DNA from: an uncultured Actinomycetes bacterium
GTDB taxonomy: Bacteria; Actinomycetota; Acidimicrobiia; Acidimicrobiales; JACDEA01
DNA: 64,000 nt
Assembly (NCBI GenBank): GCA_963742585.1
Contig: CAVUMI010000005.1
Span: forward strand, 172,984 to 236,983
Direction of reading: 5' to 3'
Shown: in pieces, positions 41,308 through 51,874 of the stretch
How positions within the stretch are numbered: position 1 is the first letter of the stretch
How the letters are laid out: every line of letters starts with the position of its first letter
The notes under the pieces: model-generated
Told to the model about the DNA's origin: nothing
The model's database searches: none
The model's input: the letters and a program-made list of their open reading frames with translations, nothing else
Position numbers and translations under genes: made by a program

Positions 41308-41775
41308 TCAGTCGAACAGCGCGAGCTCGTCGGCATCGGGGCGCTCGATCCGATCGTCCCAGAAGGCGACGAGAGCGGGGTCGATGCGCGGTGCGCCCTT
41401 TGGCAGGGTGCGATTGCGCTCCGCAACTCTGGCGGTCAGCACCTCGACTGGCGCGTCGAGGAACCGCAGTTCGACGGGTACGCCGTGATCCCGCGCCCAT
41501 TCCCGGCGCAGGTCGCGCTCCCAGCGCTGCCAGACGCCGCACTCGTCGACAACCGTCAGCCCCCGTAGTACGAGCCCTTGGGCCAGCTCCCATTGGAGGG
41601 CCTCGACGGCGACGCGGGCGTCCTTGTCGTAGATGTCGAACCCCAGTGCTACCAGCCACTCGTCGGGACACATGCGCACTGCGCCGTCGGCCTCGAGCGC
41701 CTTGGCCAGAGTGGTCTTGCCGCTGCCGGCCAGTCCGCACACGATGATCAGCCGCCCGCCCGGGATCGTCGCCAC
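41308..41775 (-). CDS. small P-loop kinase / AAA-type ATP-binding protein
   Basis: Walker A CGLAGSGKTT at the N-terminus. 155 aa. Confidence 0.8.
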   Translation of the reverse strand: MATIPGGRLIIVCGLAGSGKTTLAKALEADGAVRMCPDEWLVALGFDIYDKDARVAVEALQWELAQGLVLRGLTVVDECGVWQRWERDLRREWARDHGVPVELRFLDAPVEVLTARVAERNRTLPKGAPRIDPALVAFWDDRIERPDADELALFD

Positions 41776-41796
41776 GTCTGCACAGTAGGCAGGGAC

Positions 41797-42573
41797 CTAC
41801 TCGGGTAGCGGCGCGGGCCAGGCTTCGGCGCGGAGGACGGCGTCGGTGCCACCGTCGACGAAGATCACCGAGCCGCAGAAGAAGCCGGCCTCGGGCGAGA
41901 GTAGGAACGCGACCAGCGAGGCGATCTCCTCGGGGCGGCCGGCCCGTCCTTGTGGGATCGGGTAGATGTCCCCAAGGCCGAGCACCGCGTCCTCCATGCC
42001 GTGGGTCATCGGCGTACTGATCAAACCTGGCGCGACCGCATTCAGCCGGATGCCGGCGCCGATCCAGTCCGCGGTCGGTGCATGCCGGCGCACCCAACGG
42101 GCCAGCGCGAGCTTCGACGCCGGATATGCGGCGAGCGGGTCGCTCCCGTCGGCCTCGGCGCGAGCGGCGTCTTCGTTCTCGGCCAGACACGCATCCACCA
42201 GGGCGGCGGGCAGGCCGGGAAAGGTCGTGGTCGAGTTGGAGCTGATGGCGACCGCACTGGGCTTGTCGCCTCGCGCCAGCAGCGGCCGCAGGTCGCGGAG
42301 GGTTGCCACCGCGCCGAAGTAGTTGATCGACACCACCGTCGGCGCGTCGGGACCGGTTACTCCGGCGGCGGCGACCACGCCGTCGAGCGCGCCGCCCGAC
42401 GCGGCGGTCACGCCGGCGACCATCTCGGCGCGGCCGTCAGGCGTCGAAAGGTCGGCGATCACGTCGGCGTCGTGCAAGTCGACGCCGATCACGCGGTGCC
42501 CGTGGGCCTGGAGCCGCGCCCGCATGGCCACACCCATTCCGCCCGCCGCGCCGGTAATCGCAATCGTTGCCAT
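41797..42573 (-). CDS. short-chain dehydrogenase/reductase
   Basis: ATG 42573 gives [14 protein letters not shown]. Catalytic YPASK is present, with a typical C-terminal [20 protein letters not shown]. Confidence 0.85.
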   Translation of the reverse strand: MATIAITGAAGGMGVAMRARLQAHGHRVIGVDLHDADVIADLSTPDGRAEMVAGVTAASGGALDGVVAAAGVTGPDAPTVVSINYFGAVATLRDLRPLLARGDKPSAVAISSNSTTTFPGLPAALVDACLAENEDAARAEADGSDPLAAYPASKLALARWVRRHAPTADWIGAGIRLNAVAPGLISTPMTHGMEDAVLGLGDIYPIPQGRAGRPEEIASLVAFLLSPEAGFFCGSVIFVDGGTDAVLRAEAWPAPLPE

Positions 42574-42595
42574 CGACAGGGTGTAGCAAATTGCC

Positions 42596-43420
42596 ATGGC
42601 CGACGACGATCTCGGTGACTTCGAGCGCACCACCTTCACCCACGACGGTAAGACCCGCGACGTGTTCCGCCAGGGGAGCGGGCCGGCGGTGATCGTGATC
42701 GCGGAGATGCCGGGGATCAGTCCGAAGGTGCTGGAATTCGCCCGGCGCCTCCCTGCCATCGGGTGTACGGCGGTCGTCCCGCACCTGTTCGGCCGTCCCG
42801 GGTACGACGCCCTCGCTCACGGCAAGGCAAGGGCCGCCGCCTACCTGCTGTCGTCGATGGTGCCGGCGTGCATCAGCCGCGAGTTCGCGGTGTTCGCCAC
42901 CGGCAAGACGTCGCCCATCGTCTCCTGGCTGCGAGCACTGGCGGCTGACGAGCACCACCGGTGCGGCGGGCCGGGCGTCGGCGCGGTCGGGATGTGCTTC
43001 ACGGGAGGCTTCGCCCTGGCTATGGCGGTCGACGATCGCATGCTGGCGCCGGTGCTTTCGCAGCCATCCCTTCCGTTCAGTATCACCAAGAAGCACAAGC
43101 ACTCGATCGACATCTCGCCGGCCGACCTCGACGTGGTGAAGCACCGTTGCGCGGCGGAAGGGCTCCAGGTGGTGGGTCTGCGGTTCGAGGGCGACGCGTT
43201 CGTGCCCGGCGAGCGGTTCGCTTTTCTCAAGGAGCAATTGGGCGACGGTTTCGTGGCCGTCGAGCTCCCGGACAAGGCCGCGAACCCCGACGCGGCGACG
43301 AAGAATCCGCACTCGGTTCTCACCGAGCACCTCATTGACATGCCCGGCGAGCTCACGCGCGACGCTCTCGACCAGGTGCTCGATCTCTTCAGCTCGCGAC
43401 TCGTGACCGCGTCGACGTAG
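42596..43420 (+). CDS. dienelactone hydrolase family protein
   Basis: 274 aa with a DLH-like alpha/beta fold. It contains GMCFTGGFA (Cys nucleophile elbow). Confidence 0.8.
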   Translation: MADDDLGDFERTTFTHDGKTRDVFRQGSGPAVIVIAEMPGISPKVLEFARRLPAIGCTAVVPHLFGRPGYDALAHGKARAAAYLLSSMVPACISREFAVFATGKTSPIVSWLRALAADEHHRCGGPGVGAVGMCFTGGFALAMAVDDRMLAPVLSQPSLPFSITKKHKHSIDISPADLDVVKHRCAAEGLQVVGLRFEGDAFVPGERFAFLKEQLGDGFVAVELPDKAANPDAATKNPHSVLTEHLIDMPGELTRDALDQVLDLFSSRLVTAST

Positions 43421-44349
43421 GTGAGGGCGTCGTTCGCGATCCCCGAGCTGGTGCAGCAGAGCCTTGCCGCGCGGGCGAGACCGCGTGGTTGGCCGACCTC
43501 GGCACGCTGATCGGCGAGATCGAGCGCGAGTGGGACATCACCGTGGGGTCGGCTTTCGACGGCGGCACCGCGGCGGTGGTAGCCCAAGCCACGACGGCGA
43601 CCGGCGATCCGGTGGTCGTCAAGCTGGCGTTGCCCGGGGGGTTCGATGGCGTGAGCCACTTCGCCAACGAGATAACAACGCTGCGCCTATTCGAGGGGCG
43701 GGGTTGTGTGCGCGTTCTGCGATACGACGAACCCCGCCGGGCGCTGCTGCTCGAGCGCCTCGGCCGGCGGCTCGTCGATCTCGAGCTCCCAGTCGAGCGG
43801 CAGCTCGAGATCATCTGCGAGACGTTGAAGCTCATGTGGCGTCCGGCCCCGCCGGACTCGGGCCTGTCGACGCTGGCCGAGAAGGGCCCATGGTTGGCCC
43901 GCTTCATCGAGCGGACGTGGGAGAAGCTCGACCGGCCCTGCTCGACGCGGGCTGTCGAGCAGGCCGCGGAGTTCGCCGAACGCCGAGCAGCCGCCTTCGA
44001 TGCTGATACTGCTGTACTGCTACATGGCGACGCCCACCAGTGGAACACGCTCGAGGATGGCGCCGGCTTCAAGTTCGTGGATCCCGACGGCGTCATCGGG
44101 GAGCGCGAGTACGACCTGGCCATCCCGATGCGCGAGTTCACCGAGGAGCTGCTCGTCGACGACCCGCTCGCCCTTGGCCGCGACCGGGCCGCGCTGCTCG
44201 CCAGCCTGACGGGCCTCGACCCCGAACCAATCTGGGAGTGGGGCTTCGTCGAGCGCATGTCGACTGGTCTGCTCTGCATGACCGAAGATCCCAAGCGCGT
44301 GTGGGGGAGGGACATGCTCGAGGTCGGCGACGCCTGGGTCCGCGGTTGA
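43421..44349 (+). pseudogene. APH(6)/StrA-like aminoglycoside phosphotransferase-family kinase; N-terminal -1 frameshift near 43470
   Basis: GTG 43421 gives VRASFAIPELVQQSLAAR in frame 2. The conserved continuation ..AGETAWLADLGTLIGEIEREWDI... and the catalytic LLHGDAHQWN are in frame 1. This layout parallels the StrA N-terminus (VPDGLAES...GRAWIAGLPAL). Confidence 0.7.
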
Positions 44350-44370
44350 CGTAAGGAAAATACCGAGCAC

Positions 44371-44669
44371 GTACAGCAACGCAGCGCGCGCCGAGCGCTT
44401 GCGGCGACCGGCGCGACGAGCAGGATGCGCCGGACCTCACCGGGGTTACGGCGGGCGCGCTGGCCTTGCTCGGCGCGATGTTCGGCATCGCGGGCGCGGA
44501 CATCGCCCTGTCGGCCGGGTTCTTTGATCAACTCAGCCGGCTCGACAGCATCCCGGTGCGGCACCTCGCGGTCACTGCGGTCGGGCTTCGGTTGTTTGCT
44601 GCCGCAGTCGGCTGGCTGGTCGCCGGCCGTGAGCCACCGGTGATCGCCCGGCAGCCGCTGTTGGAATAA
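44371..44669 (+). pseudogene. 3' remnant of an FtsX-like ABC permease gene (tentative)
   Basis: ..RSARRALAATGATSRMRR.. in frame 1 resembles the RRrE..lLrAlGAt.rq loop. A hydrophobic tail ..GALALLGAMFGIAGADIALSAGFF...FAAAVGWLVAG follows in frame 0, ending at TAA 44667-44669. No N-terminal part is present. Confidence 0.35.
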
Positions 44670-47023
44670 GCGTGCGCCGGGTGACGGCGAGCAACAGCGC
44701 GGCGGCGGCCAATGCCAACCCGGCGCGCGGTGAGGATCCGGTCGCCGGGAGGGGACCGGTCGGCGCGGCGGCGGCCCCGGCGCGGGCCGCGAGCCGCCCG
44801 TCGGCGTTGAACCGGATGACGCGGGTGCCGCCGCCGGTGAGGCAGTACGCGAACGTCGACGCCTGGCGGCGCTGCGGCTGTCCGGCCTGCCGCAGTACTT
44901 CCTCGACCGTCAGCCCGTTCGGCAGGCCATCGATCAGCCCGGGCGCCCGGCACCCAGTGGGCGTAATGCCGACTGCCGTCTCCCACATCTGGAGGTACGC
45001 GTCCGCGCCGCAGCTCATGTCGGCGACGATCTGGTCGCCGGCCAGACGGCGGAGGTCTTCGATCCAATCGGAGTAGAGGCCGTAATGGGCGACGCCGTCG
45101 ACGTTGATGTCGTACACGCGCTGGCCGCTGACCTGCTTGCCCACGCTGACGCCGCCCAAGCCGGCGAACGGATACGTCACCGGGTTGGTCGCACCTGCGC
45201 CGCGGGGCCGCCCTGCGCGCCGAGGCCGTTCGTGTCGGCGCCGTACCCGATACCGAAGCACGGCCGGCCAGGCGGCGCGTACTTGCGCCGCGCCTGCCAC
45301 GACTCGACGAAACCCTTCGAACCACCGGCGTACGGCGTGGTCATCCCGCCGAGGGCGTAGATGCGCGGGTACGCGTCCGTGGTCGCCCAGCTGTGACTCG
45401 AGATCACGCCGGGATAACGGTGCGCCTCGAGCACGTCGAGTGACTGCTGGCGGGCCAGCACGCTCATGTGATCGGGATCGACGATCATGCCGCGCTTCAT
45501 GATCTGCTCGATCGTGTGCCGGCCGAGTGCGCTCAACCCGCGTTGGTTGCAATGCGGCGGCGCCGGATAAACGGGCAGCGTCCCCGGAGGCAGCAGCCCG
45601 CTGAGAACGACGCCGAACAGCGCGTCCTGCTCGGCGACGCCGGGCAACACCGTCTGCTCCTGGTCGTGGACGCCGGTGTGGCGGGCGTCGCAGGATCGCA
45701 TGGCCCAGAACTGCCCGGTCCTGTAGAAGTTCCCGCTGTTGACGATGAGCCCAAGGCTGCCGCCGTCGCCGGCCACGCCGGTCAGCGCATTGTCGAACTT
45801 GTTGACCAGCTCGAGCTGGCGGACGCCGAGTGCATAGACCTCGTCGAGCTGGCGGTCGATATCGGCGGCGGTGCACTGCGGTTCGCCGAGCTGCAGCGTG
45901 CACCCGAACGGCTCGGAGGTTTCGATGCCGAGGATCACCGCCAGCCGCCCATCGTTCATCACCCGCCGCGCCTCGAACGGATCCTTCACGATGCGGAACC
46001 AACCGCGGCCGGGACCGCCGCTCTGCGCGTCGATGTAGCGCTCTAGTTCGCGGGCGCGCTGGGCCTGAAGGCGGACGCCGACCATCTCGTCGCAGCTGTT
46101 CTGCTTCAACGGGTACAACTCGCACAGCACGGCATTTTCGGTGAGCAGGGTGACGAACATGCGCAACCCGCCGCGCCACGCCCGCTCCAGCCAGCGGTAG
46201 TACACCTGCTCGTGGGTGAGCGACGCGTGAGCCGGCCAGTCCTTGAACGTGGGCCAGCCCACCGGGTCGTGCGTCCCCGCCGGGAAGCCGTGCAGCAAGT
46301 AGTTCTCGAGGACCGCGCCGGCCCCGTCGGCCACCTCGTGGTCGGGACAATCGACCAGCGCCCCGGTTACGCCGTAGCGGTGCCAGGGGCGGGCGCAGTG
46401 GAGGCGACCGCCGATGAACTCGTACGCCATCAGGTGGTTGTGGGCGTCGAGGTAGCCCCGCACCTCCTCGGAAGGCGTGGCGCCGCGGGGTACGGTCCCG
46501 TGACGCCGACCTCGACCTCGGGGAACGCCGCGCAGCCCGTGCCCCGACGGAATGTGAAGCGGGCGCCGTCCGAGACGTCGTCGCCCGCGGCGAGGGACAA
46601 CGCGCCGTCGGCGCCGGCGAGGAGCGTGCGCGCCGGCGCCGATAGTCGCAGGCTGAACGATCCCTCGCCGAGCGCGTCGATCAGCCAGTCCGCCGCGCTG
46701 CTCGGCTGTGGCGCGCTCGACACTGTCTGTTCGGTCCCGGCGAGGAAGGCGCCACCGCTGTCGAGGAGGAGGTAGCTGCCCAGATCGGTCGCGCGGAAGT
46801 AGAACGGCGCGGCGGGCCCGACGAACCGCGCGGCGCGCACCGACCACACGCCGTAGCAGCCGCCGGCCATGGCGTAGCGGTCCTCGGCCACATCGCGACG
46901 GACGCGCGCACCCGGCGGCGCGGCCGTCGGGCCAGACGGCGTCTGCGCGATGCCGACGTGGGCTGGCACCGCCACGCCGATGCATACGACGAGCGCCACC
47001 AATACGAGTGCCCGGCGGGCCAC
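44572..47023 (-). pseudogene. large secreted TIM-barrel metallohydrolase-like protein (M19 dipeptidase-like, tentative) with LPATG sorting signal; two homopolymer deletions
   Basis: Signal peptide MARRALVLVALVVCIGVAV. The body contains YLDAHNHLMAYEF, ILGIETSEP and IVDPDHMS. The C-terminus is PLPATGSSPRAGLALAAAALLLAVTRR. Frame junctions are near 46505 (G-run short by one) and 45205 (C-run short by one). Confidence 0.7.
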
Positions 47024-48996
47024 TACCGGATAGCCGTCAATCCGAGGTGCATGCGGACCTCGGTGCCCTGCTCGCCGTAGCGGACTTCAACATCGGTCAG
47101 CGCCCTGATGATGGGTAGCCCGCGGCCACCCACCTCGGAGCTCTGCGCGGGATCCCGCCACGTGCCCTGGTCGCGCACGACCAGCGTCACCACCCGCGCG
47201 GCGTCGATGGATGCCTCGACCTCGACGAAGCCATCCGGCCCGCGGTACGCGTGCTTCACCGCGTTGGTCTGGGCCTCGGAGCAGGCAACCAGCAGGTCGA
47301 AGGTCTCGTCGTCGGTGGCGCGGTTGGCCCGGAGCCACCGCTGCAGGATCCGGCGGACGTCGACGACCGCGGCGGCGGTGGCTGGGCGTTGGATGCTCAG
47401 GTTCTCGCCGGCCAGCGAGGTCGGGCGCATCGCCAGGAAGGCGACGTCGTCGCCGGCGCCCTCGACGCAGAGGCCGGTGGTGATGCGATCGCACAGCTTT
47501 TCGAGCGCGACGCCGTTGCTCGCGCTCACTCGCCGCAGGGTCTCGAGACCCTCGTCGATGTCACGTCCGCGGCGTTCGACCAAGCCGTCGGTGAACATGA
47601 TCAGCGTCGAGTCATATGGAATGGTGTGCACCGTCTCCTCACACTCGAGCTCTGCGGACACGCCGATCGGCGGCGCCTGCGCCGCCTCGAGATACCGCGC
47701 TTCGTTCGCAGAGATCAGGAGGGGCGGCGGATGGCCGGCGTTGGCGATGCGCAACTCGGCGCGGCCCGGGTCGTACTCGGCGTAGAGCAGCGTCGCCATC
47801 GTGCCCGGATACAGCTCGGCCGCCATGCGGTTCAGCTCACTGACGGTCGCCGCCGGGCCCCGGTGGGCTAGCGCGTACGTGCGCAGCCCGATCCGGAGTT
47901 GAGCCATGGCCGCCGCGGCGGCGAGGCCGTGGCCGACGACGTCGCCGACGACCAGGCCGAGCTTGTCCTCGGCCAGCGGAATCACGTCGTACCAATCGCC
48001 GGCGACTTCGGACTCGTCCCGCGACGGTAGGTAGCGGGCGGCGAGGTCGATTCCTGGAAGCGACGGCACCTCGGGCAGGAGGCTGCGCTGGAGGGTCTCG
48101 GCGATGCGGTGCTCCCGTTGATAGAGGGCTTCCAGAATGTGCCGCCGCTCGGTCACCGCGGCGGCGAAGACGAACGACGTCAGCGCCACGGACGCGTTGA
48201 AGGCTTGCAGCACGAACATCTTGCGGAGCAAGGGCTCACCTTCGAAGACCCCAGCGCCATCGGTCGCGGTGAGGATGACGATGGTGGATGCGATCAAGCC
48301 GGCCGGCGCGGCGCCGGCCAACTGAAAGCGCCAGGCGATCCAACCCAGCAGCGGGAGCACGACGAACAGCGGACCGTGCTCCATCCGCGACGAGAAATCC
48401 GCGGCGACCGCAAGCGCGGCGAACAACACGCTGGCCGTCGCCACGCCGCGCCACCGAACCTGGCCGGTGCGCACTCGGACGAGCGACCACAGGAACGGCG
48501 CCACGATGAGCACGCCCATGGCGTCGCCGGTCCACCAAACCCACCAAGTGTCAATGGTGGCGGTGCTGGTGGTTCCGGCAACCGAGACCGCGGCGGTGCC
48601 CACCGAGGCACTGACTGTCATGCTCACGAGCGCTACCCCGACTAGGACTATCGCGTCGCGCAGCCGGGCAAGCTGTGAATCGAAGCCGAGCCGGCGCAAC
48701 AAGGCCGCGCCGGCCACCGGCGCCAGCGTGTTCCCGATCGCGATCACCGCCGCCGTCGATGGCGCGTCGGCGGCTGAAAGGTTCACGGCAAAGGCGGCGA
48801 GCGCGATCGCGGGCCACACGGAGAAGCCGAAGATGGCAAGCGCGACGATGGCGACGCCCGTGGGCGGCCACAGTGGTGTGACCACGTCGCCGACCAACGC
48901 GAGCTGCAACCCGAGCCGGGCCGAGACGTAGTAGGCGAGCGCCACGACGAGGAGGCGTACGGGCCGTGGCCACCCAGGGTCCCGGTCCGCCGACAT
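47023..48996 (-). CDS. MASE1 membrane sensor + PP2C phosphatase + RsbW-like HATPase_c kinase domain protein
   Basis: 657 aa, intact. An N-terminal multi-TM MASE1-like region is followed by the PP2C core AGDWYDV...VGDVVGHG...IMFTDGLVE and a C-terminal ...ACSEAQTNAVKHAY...RGLPIIRAL. Its stop shares a base with the next gene's start. Confidence 0.85.
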   Translation of the reverse strand: MSADRDPGWPRPVRLLVVALAYYVSARLGLQLALVGDVVTPLWPPTGVAIVALAIFGFSVWPAIALAAFAVNLSAADAPSTAAVIAIGNTLAPVAGAALLRRLGFDSQLARLRDAIVLVGVALVSMTVSASVGTAAVSVAGTTSTATIDTWWVWWTGDAMGVLIVAPFLWSLVRVRTGQVRWRGVATASVLFAALAVAADFSSRMEHGPLFVVLPLLGWIAWRFQLAGAAPAGLIASTIVILTATDGAGVFEGEPLLRKMFVLQAFNASVALTSFVFAAAVTERRHILEALYQREHRIAETLQRSLLPEVPSLPGIDLAARYLPSRDESEVAGDWYDVIPLAEDKLGLVVGDVVGHGLAAAAAMAQLRIGLRTYALAHRGPAATVSELNRMAAELYPGTMATLLYAEYDPGRAELRIANAGHPPPLLISANEARYLEAAQAPPIGVSAELECEETVHTIPYDSTLIMFTDGLVERRGRDIDEGLETLRRVSASNGVALEKLCDRITTGLCVEGAGDDVAFLAMRPTSLAGENLSIQRPATAAAVVDVRRILQRWLRANRATDDETFDLLVACSEAQTNAVKHAYRGPDGFVEVEASIDAARVVTLVVRDQGTWRDPAQSSEVGGRGLPIIRALTDVEVRYGEQGTEVRMHLGLTAIR

Positions 48997-49025
48997 GGAG
49001 CAACGCTACCTGCGAGCATCACGGC

Positions 49026-49671
49026 GTGAACGAGCATCCCGTCCGGCCGCGACTGCGGGGCGTCATCCATCGGTGGGCGGCGCCAATCGGCGTCGTGCTG
49101 TTCGCGGGACTTGCTGTACGCGCACCGGGCGGGAGCGCTCGGTTCGGCGTGATCGTCTATGGCCTCTGCGTGACCGCGATGCTCGGGGTCAGCGCGATCT
49201 ATCACAGCGGGCGCCTCTCAGCGGGCGCGGTGAGCCGCCTCAAACGGGTCGACCACTCCACGATCCTGCTGGCCATCGCTGGGTCGTATACGGCGATCAT
49301 CACCCTGGGCCTCGAGGGGTCGACTAAGACCACCCTCCTGATCGCCACGTGGAGCGCCGCGCTCATCGGCGTGCTGATCCGGATGTTCTGGCTCCACGCG
49401 CCATACCCGGTGGTGGCGACGGTCTATGTGGTGGTCGGCTGGATGGCACTGATCGACGTCAACGCCTATGTCGACGCGCTCGAGCGCGACCGAGATGACC
49501 CTGGTGGTGATCGGCGGTGTGCTGTACACGGTGGGCGCGGTGGTCTACGCCCTGCACAAGCCGAACCCGTGGCCGGCCACGTTCGGGTACCACGAGGTGT
49601 TCCACGCGCTTGTCGTGCTGGCGGCCCTCGCGCATTATGGAGCGGTGTTTAGCCTCGCAGGAGCAGCATGA
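49026..49671 (+). pseudogene. hemolysin III / PAQR family membrane protein; one +1 frameshift near 49480
   Basis: RGVIHRWAAP...SAIYH...DHSTILLAIAGSYT is in frame 0. The last two helices MTLVVIGGVLYTVGAVVYA...GYHEVFHALVVLAA are in frame 1. Confidence 0.75.
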
Positions 49672-49958
49672 GCGACATTCCCGCCGTCGTCGACAACGAG
49701 TCGGCCAGCCGTTTCGAGGTCACCGTCGACGGCCACTTGGCCGAACTGGACTATGCGCGTAGTGGCGGCCGGCTGGTGCTGGTGCGCACCCTCGTCCCCG
49801 ACGAGCTCGAGGGCCGCGGTGTCGGTGGGGCATTGGTTCGGGCAGCCGTCGAGAGCGCAGCTCAGCGCGGTCTCGTCGTCGTGCCTGATTGCCCCTTCGC
49901 CCGCGCCTGGCTCGAGCGTCATCCCGACGACGCGGCCACCGTCAAGGTTCAGTACTAG
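49668..49958 (+). CDS. small GNAT-like N-acetyltransferase (YjdJ type)
   Basis: 96 aa. ...FEVTVDGHLAELDY...LVPDELEGRGVGGALV...CPFARAWLERHP has the family pattern. It is ATGA-coupled to the upstream gene. Confidence 0.75.
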   Translation: MSDIPAVVDNESASRFEVTVDGHLAELDYARSGGRLVLVRTLVPDELEGRGVGGALVRAAVESAAQRGLVVVPDCPFARAWLERHPDDAATVKVQY

Positions 49959-50457
49959 TCCACGACTCAACGAACACAGACCACGTCGCCTGCGCGCCGA
50001 GGAACAGTAAGACCGCGACGAGCACGCCCTCGATCAGGATGGCAGTCGCGTCGAATCCCAGCCGGCTCACGAGGGGCGTCCCTCCGATGGCGACCACGGC
50101 CGCCGCCGCGTAAACGAGGGCGATCAGCGCCCAGCTGTACGCGCTCACCGGCGTTGCCGCACCGCGCCTGCGGCGCATGACGTCGCCGATGATGAGGAGC
50201 GCGGCGACGAAACCGATCGCACCGCCGGCTCCGAATGCCACGCGCCAGATTGCACTGTTCTCGGCCGCCAGGATCGACACCAAGCTCCCGACGCCGGTCA
50301 CCAGAAAGTGCAGGGTCACGTAATAGGCAACCCGGCGTCGGGCGGCGTCGAGCAGCCACTCGTCCCGCTTCAACGTGATTACCGCCCACCAGAAGCCCAG
50401 CAGCACAACCGACAGCTGCGCGGCAGCCGAGTAGAAGTACAGGAACGCGTCGGGCAT
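49942..50457 (-). CDS. integral membrane protein (5 predicted TM helices)
   Basis: 171 aa, strongly hydrophobic, no recognised domain. Confidence 0.6.
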   Translation of the reverse strand: MPDAFLYFYSAAAQLSVVLLGFWWAVITLKRDEWLLDAARRRVAYYVTLHFLVTGVGSLVSILAAENSAIWRVAFGAGGAIGFVAALLIIGDVMRRRRGAATPVSAYSWALIALVYAAAAVVAIGGTPLVSRLGFDATAILIEGVLVAVLLFLGAQATWSVFVESWTSTEP

Positions 50458-50474
50458 CGGCCCGATGCTACGGG

Positions 50475-51086
50475 TTAGGCGGTGGGCGCGAGGTTGGCGA
50501 AGGCGCGGACGGTGTCCTCGCCGCGGGTGGCGTCATCGAGCGTGCGGCGGCCCACGACGCGGTAGTCCTCGGCGAACTCGGGACGCTGCTCCCCGTCGGC
50601 ATCGACCAGCCACACCATCGCCATGCGTTGCGGCAGCCGCACCACGGTCGGACGCTCGTAGGTGCCGAAGACCTTGTCCCACAGCGGGGTCGTCACGCCG
50701 AAGTTGCGCATCGGCGCATGGAAGTGGTGGTGGAAGTGCGACTTGCGCACCCAACGGCCATACGCGTTGCGCGGCGCCCGCCGGTGCGCCCGCCAGTGCA
50801 GCACGTCGTAGATGCCATAACCGGCGATCCAGCCCAGGGCGAGGGCCCAGCCGCCGATGGGCCGGAGGGCGAACACGCCGACGGTGATGATGCCGGTCCA
50901 TGCGACGGGCCACTTCTCGAGCAGCGAGTCGCGGTCGGAGTGGTGGCGCAGATGCTCGCGGCTGGCCAGGCCGCGGCCGCGCAGCTCGTGCATCGCGAAG
51001 CGGTGCATCAGGTACTCGCCCAGCGTCCAGAGAAAGGCACCGGTAATCACGAGTAGGGGTAGCGGAAGGTTGCCGATGATGCTCAT
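50475..51086 (-). CDS. fatty-acid hydroxylase / sterol desaturase superfamily di-iron membrane oxygenase
   Basis: His boxes HRFAMH, HLRHH and HFHHHFH. It overlaps the TetR stop by 4 nt. Confidence 0.85.
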   Translation of the reverse strand: MSIIGNLPLPLLVITGAFLWTLGEYLMHRFAMHELRGRGLASREHLRHHSDRDSLLEKWPVAWTGIITVGVFALRPIGGWALALGWIAGYGIYDVLHWRAHRRAPRNAYGRWVRKSHFHHHFHAPMRNFGVTTPLWDKVFGTYERPTVVRLPQRMAMVWLVDADGEQRPEFAEDYRVVGRRTLDDATRGEDTVRAFANLAPTA

Positions 51087-51841
51087 TGGTTGTCGGACTC
51101 CTGTAGAGGTCGGGCCAACGCGCCGCGGGCGGCGAGCGCGTCGACGTGTGCGTGCGCGAGGGCCAAGGCGCCGAGGTCGGCGCCCCAGCCGGTCAAGAGG
51201 TCATCGACCAGCGCGGCGGCCAGGCGTTCGCCGTCGAGCAGCGCGGGGTCGAGGTGGGATAGGCGGCTGACTTGGAGCACGCCGTTGAGCGCGGCGACCA
51301 GCGTGACCGTGCGGGCCATCGGATCGCCGGCGCTGAATGCGCCCGCCGTTGTGGCCGCGGCGATCGGCTCCCGCGCCAGCTCGAGATGGCGCAGTGCGCC
51401 AGGGGCGACGCGGACCACGTCCTCCGGATTCAGCGCTTGCTCCCCCTGCGACATGAGCAGTTGCAGCAGGCGGGTTTCCTCGGGATACGTGCGGCCGATG
51501 TCGATCCAGAACCGGGCGACGGCCACTACATGCGTGAGCTCACGCACCGGCGCGCCGTCGCTGGTGAGGAGCTCGTCGAGTTCCTGCCGGAGATGGAGGT
51601 AGCTACTGGTGAGGCGGTCGATGGCCTGTTGCTGGACCTCGGCTACGAGCGCGCTCTTGGAAGGGAAGTACGTGTAGACGGTGCCGACGGCGCAGTCGAG
51701 CTCGTCAGCGAGCCGCTGCATGGTGACGGCATGGAGGCCTTCGGCGGTGGCGATTCGCAGCGCCGTCGCCAGGTACCCACGGAGGCGGGCTTCCCGGTTG
51801 CGGCTACGCCTGCCCGTCGTCGAAGTTTGAACCACGTTCAT
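51083..51841 (-). CDS. TetR-family transcriptional regulator
   Basis: The N-terminal HTH is ...ATALRIATAEGLHAVTMQRLADELDCAVGTVYTYFPSK. The true start may be GTG 51835 if the transcript is leaderless. Confidence 0.9.
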   Translation of the reverse strand: MNVVQTSTTGRRSRNREARLRGYLATALRIATAEGLHAVTMQRLADELDCAVGTVYTYFPSKSALVAEVQQQAIDRLTSSYLHLRQELDELLTSDGAPVRELTHVVAVARFWIDIGRTYPEETRLLQLLMSQGEQALNPEDVVRVAPGALRHLELAREPIAAATTAGAFSAGDPMARTVTLVAALNGVLQVSRLSHLDPALLDGERLAAALVDDLLTGWGADLGALALAHAHVDALAARGALARPLQESDNQ

Positions 51842-51842
51842 T

Positions 51843-51871
51843 ATTGAACATCATTCAGACTTGGCTGTCAA
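51843..51871 (-). promoter_or_regulatory. near-consensus promoter TTGACA-17 nt-TTCAAT for the TetR operon
   Basis: On the minus strand the -35 TTGACA is at 51871-51866 and the -10 TTCAAT at 51848-51843. The -10 ends 1 nt before ATG 51841, which implies a leaderless mRNA starting about at GTG 51835. Confidence 0.4.
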
Positions 51872-51874
51872 CCC

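Noticed and set aside
44572-44674. Treating the 33-aa extension after the LPATG/helix/RR signal as evidence that the sorting signal is false.
   Set aside because: The LPATG motif, hydrophobic span and basic residues are canonical. The extension more likely reflects a lost stop or local rearrangement. I kept the sorting-signal call but flagged the tail.
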